From NCBI GenBank assembly GCA_002397465.1, contig DHAP01000051.1, positions 104,770 through 168,769 of the forward strand: DNA of 64,000 nt, given 5' to 3'. Source of the DNA: Bacillales bacterium UBA4951. Its GTDB lineage: Bacteria; Bacillota_I; Bacilli_A; RFN20; CAG-826. Numbering within the stretch: position 1 is the stretch's first letter; each line of letters begins with the position of its first letter. The position numbers and the translations under genes were made by a program. The notes under the pieces are model-generated. The model saw only the letters and a list, made by a program, of their open reading frames with translations, was not told where the DNA came from and ran no database searches. This document shows positions 44,374-53,573 of this stretch, piece after piece.

Positions 44374-45339
44374 ATGCCATATAAATACGAAGTTTCAGTC
44401 ATCATGCCGGCCTACAATTCGGCAAAAACCATCGGCCGGGCCTTGAAAAGCTTGTTGGAAGAACAAGATTTTGCCCTTCCTTACGAAGTCATTATCGAAT
44501 TGGATCCGAGCAAGGACGACACGCTTGCTATCGCCAAAAGCTTTCAGGCAAAGCATCCTGAACTCACTATAGACGCCCCGGAGACCAGAATGGGCATCGG
44601 CAAATCACGTTTTGAAGGGCTCATGAAAGTCCAAGGCAAATACTTTTATTTCATGGATGCCGATGATTACTTAAGCAAGGACTGCCTTTCGTCTTTATAC
44701 AAAGGCATCGAGGAAAGCGGAGCGGATTGCTTCAACTGCTCTTTTTATTGGATCGATTCCTCGAAAGGGAAAACCCGGAGGTTTATGTTCGCAAGAAACG
44801 CCGTTTTGAACCATAAACAGGCATTTATGGCCTATTTCAATGATGCTTCGATGAGAGGGTTTTGCTGGAGCAAAATCTATTCAAGCGAGATTCTTAAGAA
44901 AAGACCGCTCCTTTGCCTAGGCGCCCCTTTGGACAGCCAATTCGAGGATGCCGTCCTCAATTGCTCTTTGCTCCACTTCTCCAATAAAGTCGCCATGAGC
45001 AAGAAAGCCCTCTATTACTACGACCATAGCCAAGGCGAATCCGCCATGAGCAGCAAAAGGAACAATCGCGCCTTCCGCCATGTGGTCGTTTTTGCCCTTG
45101 AAAGGTATTATTTGGAACAAGTCGCCGATTCAGAAGCCCTTTCCGCCTTCAAACATCGGCTTTTCAGAAGCTATCTCTCGATCCGCTACGATCTATCCCT
45201 CGACAAGAAGAGCGGAGCTGACAAAGCCTATGTCTCAAAAGTCAAAAAATGTTTCTCGCTCTTAAAAAACATGTCAGTTCCTCTTAAAAAAGAGGGAAGT
45301 TTCTTCGAGGAAGACGCCAACGGGGCGTGGAAAGACTAA
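44374..45339 (+). CDS. Family 2 glycosyltransferase
   Basis: 321 aa. VSVIMPAYNSAKTIGRALKSLL...FMDADDY is the GT-A/GT2 N-terminal signature with a DxD motif. Confidence 0.85.
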   Translation: MPYKYEVSVIMPAYNSAKTIGRALKSLLEEQDFALPYEVIIELDPSKDDTLAIAKSFQAKHPELTIDAPETRMGIGKSRFEGLMKVQGKYFYFMDADDYLSKDCLSSLYKGIEESGADCFNCSFYWIDSSKGKTRRFMFARNAVLNHKQAFMAYFNDASMRGFCWSKIYSSEILKKRPLLCLGAPLDSQFEDAVLNCSLLHFSNKVAMSKKALYYYDHSQGESAMSSKRNNRAFRHVVVFALERYYLEQVADSEALSAFKHRLFRSYLSIRYDLSLDKKSGADKAYVSKVKKCFSLLKNMSVPLKKEGSFFEEDANGAWKD

Positions 45340-45340
45340 C

Positions 45341-45370
45341 AAAAAAAGCGGCAATGCCGCTTTTGATTTG
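45341..45370. terminator. Bidirectional rho-independent terminator between the GT2 gene and deoC
   Basis: AAAGCGGC-AAT-GCCGCTTT, flanked by an A-run upstream and a T-run downstream. Confidence 0.8.
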
Positions 45371-45383
45371 TTTGATGAACTCT

Positions 45384-46028
45384 TTATTTTTCGTTCATGA
45401 TCGCGACTGAATGCGAGCAGCCGATTCTGTTGGCGCCAGCCGCCAATAGTTCAAGCATTTGCTGCTTGTTATGGATGCCGCCGGCCGCTTTCACGCCCAT
45501 CAAAGGCCCGACTGTCTCTCTCATGAGGGCAACGTCTTCGACTGTAGCTCCGCCGCTTCCGAAACCGGTTGAGGTTTTTACGAAATCAGCGCCGGCCGCT
45601 TTGGCGGCTTTGCAAGAATAGACGATTTCGTTTTTGGTCAGATAGCAATTTTCCAAGATGACTTTGAGGGTCTTCTCACCGATGGCCGCTTTGACCTGAC
45701 GGATCTCTTTCTCGACGAATTTGAAATCATGTTCTTTAGCCATGGCGATGTTTTGGACCATGTCCACTTCATCAGCCCCTAGGCTGACGGCGTTCTTGGC
45801 TTCAAAAGCCTTTGCTTTCGGTGTCATCTGCCCAAGCGGGAAACCGATGACCGTGCAGACTTTGACGTCACTGCCCTCGAGGAGCTTTTTGCAAACCGGC
45901 ACGTAGAAAGGATTAACGCAGACGGTCATGAAGTCGTATTCTTTGGCCTCTTGGCAAAGTTTTGTGATGTCGTCTAAGGTAGCATCTGCTTTCAAGCAAG
46001 TGTGGTCGAAGAATTTGTTGTATTTCAT
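45384..46028 (-). CDS. deoC: Deoxyribose-phosphate aldolase
   Basis: 214 aa. FDHTCLKADAT...VCVNP...FVKTSTGF (Schiff-base Lys region). Confidence 0.9.
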   Translation of the reverse strand: MKYNKFFDHTCLKADATLDDITKLCQEAKEYDFMTVCVNPFYVPVCKKLLEGSDVKVCTVIGFPLGQMTPKAKAFEAKNAVSLGADEVDMVQNIAMAKEHDFKFVEKEIRQVKAAIGEKTLKVILENCYLTKNEIVYSCKAAKAAGADFVKTSTGFGSGGATVEDVALMRETVGPLMGVKAAGGIHNKQQMLELLAAGANRIGCSHSVAIMNEK

Positions 46029-46080
46029 TTCTATACAAGCCTCCCGATTATCATAATCTAGTTTCTAGCCTAGTGGAAGA

Positions 46081-46104
46081 AACAAAAAGCACCCGAAGGT
46101 GCTT
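46081..46104 (-). terminator. Rho-independent terminator of rpmF
   Basis: AAGCACC-CGAA-GGTGCTT, with TTTTTGTT following on the - strand. Confidence 0.8.
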
Positions 46105-46119
46105 GTTTTGTCGTTATCC

Positions 46120-46314
46120 TTATTTCTTCTCGGATTTGTTCGCGTGGTGAATGACTTCTTTTCCGTCATAGTAACCACAGACTGGGCAAACGTGATGACT
46201 TTCGACCATCGCTCCGCAGTGTGGGCAGCTGACAAGGCCGGTCACATTGAGTTTGAAATGGGTTCTCCTTAACCTTTTGGCGGTTTTGGATGTTCTTCTG
46301 AAAGGTACTGCCAT
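46120..46314 (-). CDS. rpmF: 50S ribosomal protein L32
   Basis: 64 aa. [19 protein letters not shown]...CPHCG...CPVCG is typical of L32. AAGGAG SD upstream. Confidence 0.9.
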   Translation of the reverse strand: MAVPFRRTSKTAKRLRRTHFKLNVTGLVSCPHCGAMVESHHVCPVCGYYDGKEVIHHANKSEKK

Positions 46315-46343
46315 GAATTTCTCCTTAATTTTTCGACTTCATA

Positions 46344-46371
46344 ATTATAGAGGCGCGAGTCCCTAAGTCAA
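46344..46371 (-). promoter_or_regulatory. Sigma-A-type promoter of rpmF (TTGACT-16-TATAAT)
   Basis: Hexamers read on the - strand, about 30 nt upstream of the rpmF ATG. Confidence 0.6.
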
Positions 46372-46451
46372 TGAAACGTTAGACAATGTCAAAATAACTA
46401 AATAATTAGTCGAATACATCTATGATATTATTACACAAAAAGTCGCACTTT

Positions 46452-47732
46452 TCAGTCCGCTGCGCTCTCTTTGTCGTAGATGACGTCCAATATCTCGCCA
46501 TGAAGTTTCCGCTTGGAGGCTACTTTGACCAAAAGATAGTTTGCCGTATGCCCATAGCATAAGGAGTTTCTCTCATCGAAATCTTCGAACAGGACTTCCA
46601 TTTTTTTGCCATAGAACCTCTCTTCGTAAGCTTGGCGTAGCTCATTTGAAAGGTCCAAGAGCTCGTGAACTCTTTTCTCTTTCACTTCCGGGGAGGTGTC
46701 TTTCAAGGTATACGAATACGTCCCTTCGCGCGGCGAATATGGGAAAACATGGATTTCGCTGAACTTGGCTTTTTTGCAAAAATCCATCGTCTCCTGCCAC
46801 TCCTTGTCACTCTCCAAAGGGAATCCCACGATGACATCGGTCGTTATGGCAATGTCAGGCCTTATGGCTCTGACTTTTGAGAGAGTCAAAAGGAATGACG
46901 GCGTGTCATAATGCCGTTTCATCCTTTGAAGGACCGTTGGCGAGCCCGACTGAAGAGGAAGGTGAAGATGATCGACTATCTGAGGGAAATCCCTCAGCAG
47001 ATCGAGGAATTTATCGTCTATTTCGCTTTCTTCCAAAGAAGAGATCCTCAGCCTTTTGAGCTTTGGGCAGGCCAAAAGAATGTCTTTCAGCAAATCAGCC
47101 AGGCGATACGAGCCATCCCCAAGGTCCTTCCCATACATTCCGATATGGATGCCGCTGATAATGAGCTCTTTGTAGCCGGCTTCAGAAAGCCTTTTGGCTT
47201 CGGCGATGGTCTCGTCTTTGTCCCTTGAACGTGAGTTCCCTCTTAAAAAAGGGATCAAACAATAGGAGCAAAAGTTATCACAGCCATCTTGAATCTTCAG
47301 ATAGGCCCTGGCGTTTTCGGAGAGGGCCATCTGACCCATCTCCTCATATTTCTCATGGCGGTTGTTTTTCTCGACGTCTTTGATTTTCTTTCCGTCTTTC
47401 CTAAATGAGTCCACAAAGCCCAAAATCTTGCTCCTATCGGATGTCCCCACCACGATATCGGCTCCCATGCTCAAAGCCTCATCGGCATGAAGCTCGCTGT
47501 AGCAGCCCATCACGGCGATGACGGCCTTCGGGGCCAGCCTTCTCATCTTTCTTATGTGCTGGCGCGATTTTTGGTCGGCTTTCCCAGTCACGGAACAGGT
47601 ATTGATGACAATCAAAGAAGCCTCTTCAGGCCCATTGGCTTCCTCATCGCCCCTTTCCAAAAGGCTTTTCCTGAGGGCGTCGTTTTCGTATGAGTTGACC
47701 TTGCAGCCTAAAGAAAACAAATAAAACAGCAT
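46452..47732 (-). CDS. mtaB: tRNA methylthiotransferase MtaB (MiaB-like radical SAM)
   Basis: 426 aa. UPF0004 N-domain (GCKVNSYE), radical-SAM CxxxCxxC (CDNFCSYC), TRAM C-terminus. Same position as B. subtilis yqeV. Confidence 0.8.
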   Translation of the reverse strand: MLFYLFSLGCKVNSYENDALRKSLLERGDEEANGPEEASLIVINTCSVTGKADQKSRQHIRKMRRLAPKAVIAVMGCYSELHADEALSMGADIVVGTSDRSKILGFVDSFRKDGKKIKDVEKNNRHEKYEEMGQMALSENARAYLKIQDGCDNFCSYCLIPFLRGNSRSRDKDETIAEAKRLSEAGYKELIISGIHIGMYGKDLGDGSYRLADLLKDILLACPKLKRLRISSLEESEIDDKFLDLLRDFPQIVDHLHLPLQSGSPTVLQRMKRHYDTPSFLLTLSKVRAIRPDIAITTDVIVGFPLESDKEWQETMDFCKKAKFSEIHVFPYSPREGTYSYTLKDTSPEVKEKRVHELLDLSNELRQAYEERFYGKKMEVLFEDFDERNSLCYGHTANYLLVKVASKRKLHGEILDVIYDKESAAD

Positions 47733-47735
47733 CGC

Positions 47736-48542
47736 TTACTCCTCCGTTGTCAGTTTCTTCTCTTTCTTTTCCTCGAATTTGATCTCTTTTCCGGCGATCT
47801 TGTGGATCAAGGAACTGGAGATGAGGTTTCCGCTCAATAAGGCGTTCAGCATTTTGCGCCTGTCGTTTTCGTAGTAGGCTTCCGCCACCGCCTCAATGCG
47901 TGGAACCATGTGGGTTTTGGTCGGTTTGACGAGTTCTTTGTCGAAGAAACAGATCTTGGCGTCAAGCCTTCCCTGATCGTTGATGAAATACAGGCTTTCG
48001 GCGTCATAGTTGTAGCAGGCAAGGCTCTTCTCTTTTCTCATGATCGGCACAAGCCTTGTGAAATATGAATCATAAATAGCGTTCCCGTAATAATCGAAAG
48101 GGTCGATGGAGGCGGCCTGATATTCATTGATCAGACGGTTGAACGGAGGCAAAGAGAGCTTTTCGAAGTCCCCGGCGTAGATGTTGTTGAAGACCTCTGG
48201 GAAAAGGGGGACGTAGACTTTTTTGCCGTCAAAGAGGAGATAGGGAAGTCCGCTCATCGCGCTTTCCATGTACTCTTCAAGCGGAAGGGTGTCCTCCTTA
48301 TGGCCTTCCTTAAGGGATTTGGCTTTGGCGAAATAGGCTTTCTCAATGGCCATTTTGTTGAGGAGGGACCTCAGGATTATGTTCGAGCGGACCGTCATGA
48401 AAGAATCGGTTGGATGCATGTAGGGCTTCCATAGTTCAAATGAGCTTAGAAGGTAGACGTGCTCAGCGAAAAAGTAGGCCTCTCCCGATGTCGAGAAAGG
48501 CGTTTTTTCCTGATTGGCCTCTAATTCCTCATAAAGGCTCAT
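47736..48542 (-). CDS. Hypothetical protein (268 aa, soluble)
   Basis: ATGA overlap with the rsmE stop and 3 nt from the mtaB ATG, so it is translationally embedded in the operon. I recognise no family motif. Confidence 0.5.
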   Translation of the reverse strand: MSLYEELEANQEKTPFSTSGEAYFFAEHVYLLSSFELWKPYMHPTDSFMTVRSNIILRSLLNKMAIEKAYFAKAKSLKEGHKEDTLPLEEYMESAMSGLPYLLFDGKKVYVPLFPEVFNNIYAGDFEKLSLPPFNRLINEYQAASIDPFDYYGNAIYDSYFTRLVPIMRKEKSLACYNYDAESLYFINDQGRLDAKICFFDKELVKPTKTHMVPRIEAVAEAYYENDRRKMLNALLSGNLISSSLIHKIAGKEIKFEEKKEKKLTTEE

Positions 48543-49264
48543 CGATGGCCCTCGACTTCATAGGAAAAGACGGAGGCCGCGTAGATGGAGGCGGTCTCGG
48601 CCCGCAAGATCCTTCGGCCCAAAGAAACGAACCTGAATCCTTTTTCCTCGGCCATTTCGGCTTCTATGGGCGTGAATCCGCCCTCAGGCCCGATGAGGAT
48701 CAAAACTTTCATTCCGGGTTTGACGTCTTTCAAGGCTTCCCTTAAGGAGGCGACGTCATCGCTTTTGTTCTCATAGGCGAATAATTTGAGGTCGGCTTCG
48801 ACGTCGAGGATCTTGGTAAACGAATGGATGTGGTGAATCTCTGGGAGGCGGCTCCTCTTCGATTGCTCGCAGGCCCCTTTCACGATTTTCTCGGATCTTT
48901 GGTACTTTTTCTCTTTGTCCGACAAGCCATTCGGCCTCACGATGGTCCGGCTTGAGACGTATGGATAAAAAGAAGAGACCCCTAATTCGGTCCCTTTTTC
49001 GTAGACCATCTCATCGTTTCCGTGCTTCAGCAAGGCGAATCCAAGCAAAAGGGAAACAGGCAATTCGCATTCTCTTTTCTTCTCCTCGACGACATTGATC
49101 GTCAAAGGATCCAAGGAAGCCACGACGCATTGATAAACGTTGCTGCCATCGGCGACTTCGATGTTCTCTCCGACTTCGGCCCTCATGACATCGACGAGAT
49201 GATGGGCGTCATTGTTCGAAAGGAGAGCCTTATCCCCCACGATCGTCGCGAAGTAACGTTGCAT
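48539..49264 (-). CDS. rsmE: 16S rRNA (uracil1498-N3)-methyltransferase RsmE
   Basis: 241 aa. MQRYF... N-terminus with a PUA-like domain, and the C-terminal SPOUT motif (LIGPEGGFTPIE). Confidence 0.85.
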   Translation of the reverse strand: MQRYFATIVGDKALLSNNDAHHLVDVMRAEVGENIEVADGSNVYQCVVASLDPLTINVVEEKKRECELPVSLLLGFALLKHGNDEMVYEKGTELGVSSFYPYVSSRTIVRPNGLSDKEKKYQRSEKIVKGACEQSKRSRLPEIHHIHSFTKILDVEADLKLFAYENKSDDVASLREALKDVKPGMKVLILIGPEGGFTPIEAEMAEEKGFRFVSLGRRILRAETASIYAASVFSYEVEGHR

Positions 49265-49283
49265 AAGAGCCTCCTAAATTAAT

Positions 49284-49724
49284 TTATCTGAGGAATTCGC
49301 CGTTCGAGTCTTTGGCGGAATCGTTTTTGAATATCTTGGCGCTATAAGAGGCGAAGCCGACCCAATCGAAGCCAAAGGCGATGAGGAAGGCGAAGTAATT
49401 GTTCAGATCATTGACGTTGTAATAAAGGATGAAGCCGCCGCCGATGGTGATCAAAAGCGTGATAAGTATCGAGAGGAGGCCTTTTTTCCAGAATCCGAGG
49501 TAAAACTGATCGATGCCAGCCCAGCCGAGGCCCATGCACAAAAAACCAGCCGTTTTTTTGGACTTGCTCTTATAGAGCTTGTAGTCGCCGGTGACGGGAT
49601 CGACGAACTGGGTCATGTCCTTCGTTTGATAGTTGGCGTCAATCGGGTGTTCGCATCCGCAATAAGGGCAGACGTCATTATCGAATTTGCTGATTTCCCG
49701 ATGGCAATTACGGCATTGTGGCAT
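49284..49724 (-). CDS. Zinc-ribbon + TM2-domain membrane protein
   Basis: 146 aa. N-terminal CxxC...CxxC (CRNC...CPYC) followed by a TM2-like block (GLGWAGIDQFYLGFWKKGLLSIL). Confidence 0.65.
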   Translation of the reverse strand: MPQCRNCHREISKFDNDVCPYCGCEHPIDANYQTKDMTQFVDPVTGDYKLYKSKSKKTAGFLCMGLGWAGIDQFYLGFWKKGLLSILITLLITIGGGFILYYNVNDLNNYFAFLIAFGFDWVGFASYSAKIFKNDSAKDSNGEFLR

Positions 49725-49835
49725 AACGATTATTTAGTGTATACCAATTTGGTAATGGTAACACCATTAACCTCCTCTAATTTCTCTTAAGGCTTCTACT
49801 AATAGACTTTAGCATAAATCGGCGACTTTCTCCTA

Positions 49836-49860
49836 GAGAAAAGGGGGCGTTTGGCCCCCT
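49836..49860 (-). terminator. Rho-independent terminator after dnaJ
   Basis: GGGGGC-5-GCCCCC, with TTTTCTC following on the - strand, 15 nt after the dnaJ stop. Confidence 0.7.
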
Positions 49861-49874
49861 ATATCGACATATCC

Positions 49875-51029
49875 CTATTTTTTGAAGTGATTCTTCCACC
49901 ACTTGTTATCCTTTTTGGCAGCTTCCTGCTTCTGGAATTCCTTGAGGAGGTCCTTCTCGCTTTGGCTGAGATTCGTCGGCGTCGTGACTTTGACGTGGAT
50001 GTACTCGTCTCCTGGTTTTCCGCCGCGGAGATCCTTCACGCCTTTCCCGCGCAGTTTGAGGATTTGGTCTGGCTGGGTCCCGCTTGGGACGTCAACCGTC
50101 ACCTCTCCATAAACCGTCGGAACGTCGATCGATGAGCCTAAGGCGCAGTCGACAAACGAGAGAGGGACATCGATGTGGATGTCGTTGCCATCACGTTTGA
50201 AGACGTTATGGTTCTGAACCTGGACTTCGATATACAAATCGCCGTTCGGGCCGCCATTCGCGCCTCTTCCGCCTTTTCCTTGGACCCTGACCTGCTGGCC
50301 GTTATTGATGCCGGCCGGAATGTTCACTGAAATGTCACGGTGGACTCTCGAATAGCCGCTTCCGCCGCAAAGATGGCACTTTTTGGTGACTATTTTGCCG
50401 CTTCCGTGGCAGCGAGGGCATGGCCCTTCGCTTTCCATCATGCCGAAAATCGTCTGCTGTCTGGTTCTGACGTAGCCGCTGCCGCCGCAATCTGGGCAGG
50501 TGTCGATGTCACTAGGGCTATCAGCCCCGGTGCCATGGCAGTTCTCACATGGTTCGTCATAAGTGAGAGGGATCGTTATCTTCCTCCCGTTTATGGCATC
50601 CATGAAGTCTATCTTGATGCGGTAAAGGGTATCGTCTCCTTTGCTAGGAGAGCCATCATCGCCCCGTCGTCTACTACGCCCCGCTCCGCCACCGCCGAAA
50701 AATGACTGGAAGATGTCATTGAGATCGACATCCCCAAAACCTTCGCTGGAGAATCCTCCGCCCGAGAACGGATTGCCCGCTCCGCCGGTCGAGGAGCCTT
50801 GTTGGAAGGCAGCCATGCCAAATTGATCGTATTGGCGACGTTTGGCGTCGTCGTACAAGACGTCATAAGCTTCTTGTATCTCTTCGAATTTCTTCGGAGC
50901 GTCTGGGCTTTTGTTCAAATCAGGGTGATATTGTTTGGCAAGTTTTCGATAGGCGCTCTTGATCTCGTCTTTAGTGGCGGTCTTGGCAACGCCCAGCACT
51001 TCGTAATAATCCCTTTTGGTCTCGGCCAT
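49875..51029 (-). CDS. dnaJ: Molecular chaperone DnaJ
   Basis: J domain (DYYEVLGV...HPD), G/F region, and four CxxCxGxG zinc repeats. The ATG at 51029 has a GGAGG SD. The ORF-track start at 51047 is probably too early. Confidence 0.95.
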   Translation of the reverse strand: MAETKRDYYEVLGVAKTATKDEIKSAYRKLAKQYHPDLNKSPDAPKKFEEIQEAYDVLYDDAKRRQYDQFGMAAFQQGSSTGGAGNPFSGGGFSSEGFGDVDLNDIFQSFFGGGGAGRSRRRGDDGSPSKGDDTLYRIKIDFMDAINGRKITIPLTYDEPCENCHGTGADSPSDIDTCPDCGGSGYVRTRQQTIFGMMESEGPCPRCHGSGKIVTKKCHLCGGSGYSRVHRDISVNIPAGINNGQQVRVQGKGGRGANGGPNGDLYIEVQVQNHNVFKRDGNDIHIDVPLSFVDCALGSSIDVPTVYGEVTVDVPSGTQPDQILKLRGKGVKDLRGGKPGDEYIHVKVTTPTNLSQSEKDLLKEFQKQEAAKKDNKWWKNHFKK

Positions 51030-51044
51030 AAGCACTCCTCCTTT

Positions 51045-51081
51045 CAAAAAAAGTCAGGGGCGCCCCGAAATCGGGACGCCC
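51045..51081 (-). terminator. Long GC-rich hairpin plus T-run between dnaK and dnaJ (probable partial terminator or attenuator)
   Basis: 11-bp stem with one mismatch (GGGCGCCCCGA/TCGGGACGCCC). On the - strand TGACTTTTTTTG follows. Confidence 0.55.
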
Positions 51082-51092
51082 TAGAATGATGA

Positions 51093-52946
51093 TTAGTTCT
51101 TCTTGTCGGTGAAATCGGCATCGACAACGTCGTCTGGGCCTTCTTTGCCTTCAGTTTTCCCTTCGTTGGCATTCGGGGTTGGACCACCGGCCTGTTCGTT
51201 TCCTTGTGGTTGCTGATAGTTGGCAGACTGGGCTTTGGCGGCCGCGTCTTCGAGCTTCCCGACGATCTCGCGGAGCTTATCAGTGTTGTTGGACTGAATG
51301 GCGCCTTGAGCCTCATCACGGAGTTCGGTGAGCTGTTTCTTCGTCGCCTCATCGAGAGTCGAGCCTTTTTCGGTCAGGACCTGGTTGATCTCGTCAACAT
51401 AGGTCTGGGCCTTGTTCTTGATCTCGATGTCGTCTTTTCTCTTCTGGTCGGCGGCTTTGTTGTCCTCAGCCTCTTTGACCATGCGGTCGATATCCGACTT
51501 CGAGAGGCCGTTGCTGCCAGAGATGGTGATGTCTTGGCTTAAGCCAGAATCAAGATCCTTGGCGCTGACCTTAACGATGCCGTTGACGTCGATTGAGAAG
51601 GTGACTTCGATCCTCGGCTGTCCACGTCTTGCCGGCTTGATGCCAGAAAGGGTGAAATGACCTAAGAGTTTGTTGTCGTGGGCCATCTGACGTTCGCCTT
51701 GGTAAACCATGATGTCGACGGCTGGCTGATTGTCCTCAGCGGTCGAGAACACCTGGCTCTTGGTGGTCGGGATGGTCGTATTTCTTGGAATGAGCGGAGT
51801 CATGACGCCGCCGAGGGTTTCAATGCCCAAGGTGAGCGGGGTGACGTCGAGAAGGACGACATCCTTGACTTCGCCGGCGATGACGCCGCCTTGAATGGCA
51901 GCGCCGATGGAGACGGCCTCATCAGGGTTGACTGAGAGGTTGATCTCGTGGCCGGAAACTTTCTTGACGAGTTCCTGGACGGCTGGCATACGAATCGAGC
52001 CGCCGATCATGAGAATGTCGCCAAGATCGTTGTAGTTGAGTTTGGCATCCGCCATGGCTTTTTCCATTGGCGTCTTGCATCTTTCAAGAAGGTTCTTGGT
52101 CAAATCCTGGAATTTGGCGCGGCTGAGCTTTCCTTCCCAGCTGATAGGACCGTTGCTTCCCATGCCGATGAACGGAAGGGAGATAGTAGTCTCAAGTGAG
52201 CTTGAGAGCTCGATCTTGGCTTTTTCGGCGGCGTCGATGAAACGCTGCTGGGCCATCTTGTCGGTCAAATCGCTGCCGGTGTCAATCTGAATCTGGGCAT
52301 GAATCCAATCAGCGACGGCTTTGTCCCAGTCATCGCCTCCTAGACGAGTGTCACCAGAGGTGGCGAGAACCTGGAAGGTCCCGTCGCCGATATCGAGGAT
52401 CGAAACATCGAGAGTGCCACCGCCAAGGTCAAAGACCAAGACTTTCTCACTCTTTTTGGTGTCTAGTCCATAAGCGAGGCATGAAGCTGTCGGCTCGTTG
52501 ATGATACGGACCACGTCGAGTCCGGCGATGGTGCCGGCATCCTTGGTGGCCTGACGCTGAGCGTCATTGAAGTAAGCCGGAACGGTGATGACGGCCTTTT
52601 TGACGGGCGATCCAATGCTCTTTTCGGCATAGGCTTTCATATAAGCCAAGACCTTGGCCGAGATTTCCTGCGGCGTGAAGTCCTTGTTGAGGCATCCGAC
52701 ATGGAATTTGAAAGAATCGCCCATATGACGTTTGGCGCTTCTCACGGTGTCGGGGTTGGTGATCATCTGACGCTTGGCGGCGTTGCCGACGATTTCCTCA
52801 CCATCGGCTTTGAATGCGACCACGCTTGGGGTCGTCTGGGTGCCTTCTGGGTTCGGGATGACTTTGACTTTCCCGTCGGCCTGTAGGTAGCTGATGACGC
52901 TGTTGGTAGTTCCTAAATCGATGCCAACTATGATTTCTTTTGCCAT
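51093..52946 (-). CDS. dnaK: Molecular chaperone DnaK (Hsp70)
   Basis: 617 aa. [20 protein letters not shown] and other canonical Hsp70 motifs. Confidence 0.97.
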   Translation of the reverse strand: MAKEIIVGIDLGTTNSVISYLQADGKVKVIPNPEGTQTTPSVVAFKADGEEIVGNAAKRQMITNPDTVRSAKRHMGDSFKFHVGCLNKDFTPQEISAKVLAYMKAYAEKSIGSPVKKAVITVPAYFNDAQRQATKDAGTIAGLDVVRIINEPTASCLAYGLDTKKSEKVLVFDLGGGTLDVSILDIGDGTFQVLATSGDTRLGGDDWDKAVADWIHAQIQIDTGSDLTDKMAQQRFIDAAEKAKIELSSSLETTISLPFIGMGSNGPISWEGKLSRAKFQDLTKNLLERCKTPMEKAMADAKLNYNDLGDILMIGGSIRMPAVQELVKKVSGHEINLSVNPDEAVSIGAAIQGGVIAGEVKDVVLLDVTPLTLGIETLGGVMTPLIPRNTTIPTTKSQVFSTAEDNQPAVDIMVYQGERQMAHDNKLLGHFTLSGIKPARRGQPRIEVTFSIDVNGIVKVSAKDLDSGLSQDITISGSNGLSKSDIDRMVKEAEDNKAADQKRKDDIEIKNKAQTYVDEINQVLTEKGSTLDEATKKQLTELRDEAQGAIQSNNTDKLREIVGKLEDAAAKAQSANYQQPQGNEQAGGPTPNANEGKTEGKEGPDDVVDADFTDKKN

Positions 52947-52961
52947 AAATTTATTTCTCCT

Positions 52962-53573
52962 TTAGGCCTTTTTGGCCTCAGTAGCATTTTTATCGTCCGC
53001 TTGTTCGACTTTCTTTTTGCTGACCAGCACCATGACCGGGCGGATCAGACGGTCATGAAGCTTGTAGCCTTTCGAGTAGACTTGAAGGACCTTTCCTTCT
53101 TCGTCTCCTTCTTTGACTTCGACCGCGTGCATATAGCTGGGGTCGAAGGCATCCCCGATTTTCGGGAGTATCTCCACCACGCCTTCATTTTTAAGGGTGG
53201 CTTGGATCTGATTGTAGATATAGGAGAAGCCTTGCTGATAGTTCTTGGCTTCCTCGCTGTTGGGTTTGGCCTCAAGGGCGATGTAGAAGCTGTCTAAGGC
53301 AGGTAGGAGGTTCTCCAAGAAGCCGACGCTTCGGTAGCGAAGGGCTTCGCGGTGATCCTCTTCAAGGCTCTTGCGGAGGTTTTGGGTGTCGGCTAATTCC
53401 ATGTAGTAGGAATTCTTCCACTTGGCGGCTTCCTCTTGGGCTTTCTTGAGTTCTTCTTCTAACTTTGCCCCCTCGTTCGGTATTTCCTTGCCGGGACTTG
53501 GGTTGGCTGCTTGGTCTTCTTTTTTCATTTCTTCTTGCTGACCTTGCTTTGTTTCTTTAACGGTGTCTGACAT
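52962..53573 (-). CDS. grpE: Nucleotide exchange factor GrpE
   Basis: 203 aa. GrpE coiled-coil and C-terminal beta domain (FDPSYMHAV). An AAAGGAGG SD lies 6 nt before the ATG at 53573. The start overlaps the hrcA 3' end by 49 nt. Confidence 0.9.
   Translation of the reverse strand: MSDTVKETKQGQQEEMKKEDQAANPSPGKEIPNEGAKLEEELKKAQEEAAKWKNSYYMELADTQNLRKSLEEDHREALRYRSVGFLENLLPALDSFYIALEAKPNSEEAKNYQQGFSYIYNQIQATLKNEGVVEILPKIGDAFDPSYMHAVEVKEGDEEGKVLQVYSKGYKLHDRLIRPVMVLVSKKKVEQADDKNATEAKKA

Noticed and set aside
42801-45339. The C39 peptidase gene plus a nearby GT2 glycosyltransferase, considered as a glycocin or bacteriocin (sublancin-like) cluster.
   Set aside because: I found no precursor peptide with a GG leader, no thiol-disulfide oxidoreductase or immunity gene, and no ABC ATPase. 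rpsU with its own terminator separates the two genes, and the GT2 looks like an ordinary envelope-polysaccharide enzyme.
53525-53573. The 49-nt overlap between the hrcA 3' end and the grpE 5' end, considered as a sign of a frameshift or misassembly.
   Set aside because: grpE has a strong AAAGGAGG SD 6 nt before the ATG at 53573. hrcA simply continues through a short basic tail to its first stop. Both reading frames look intact, so I treat this as a genuine overlap. An alternative grpE start at 53528 is possible.
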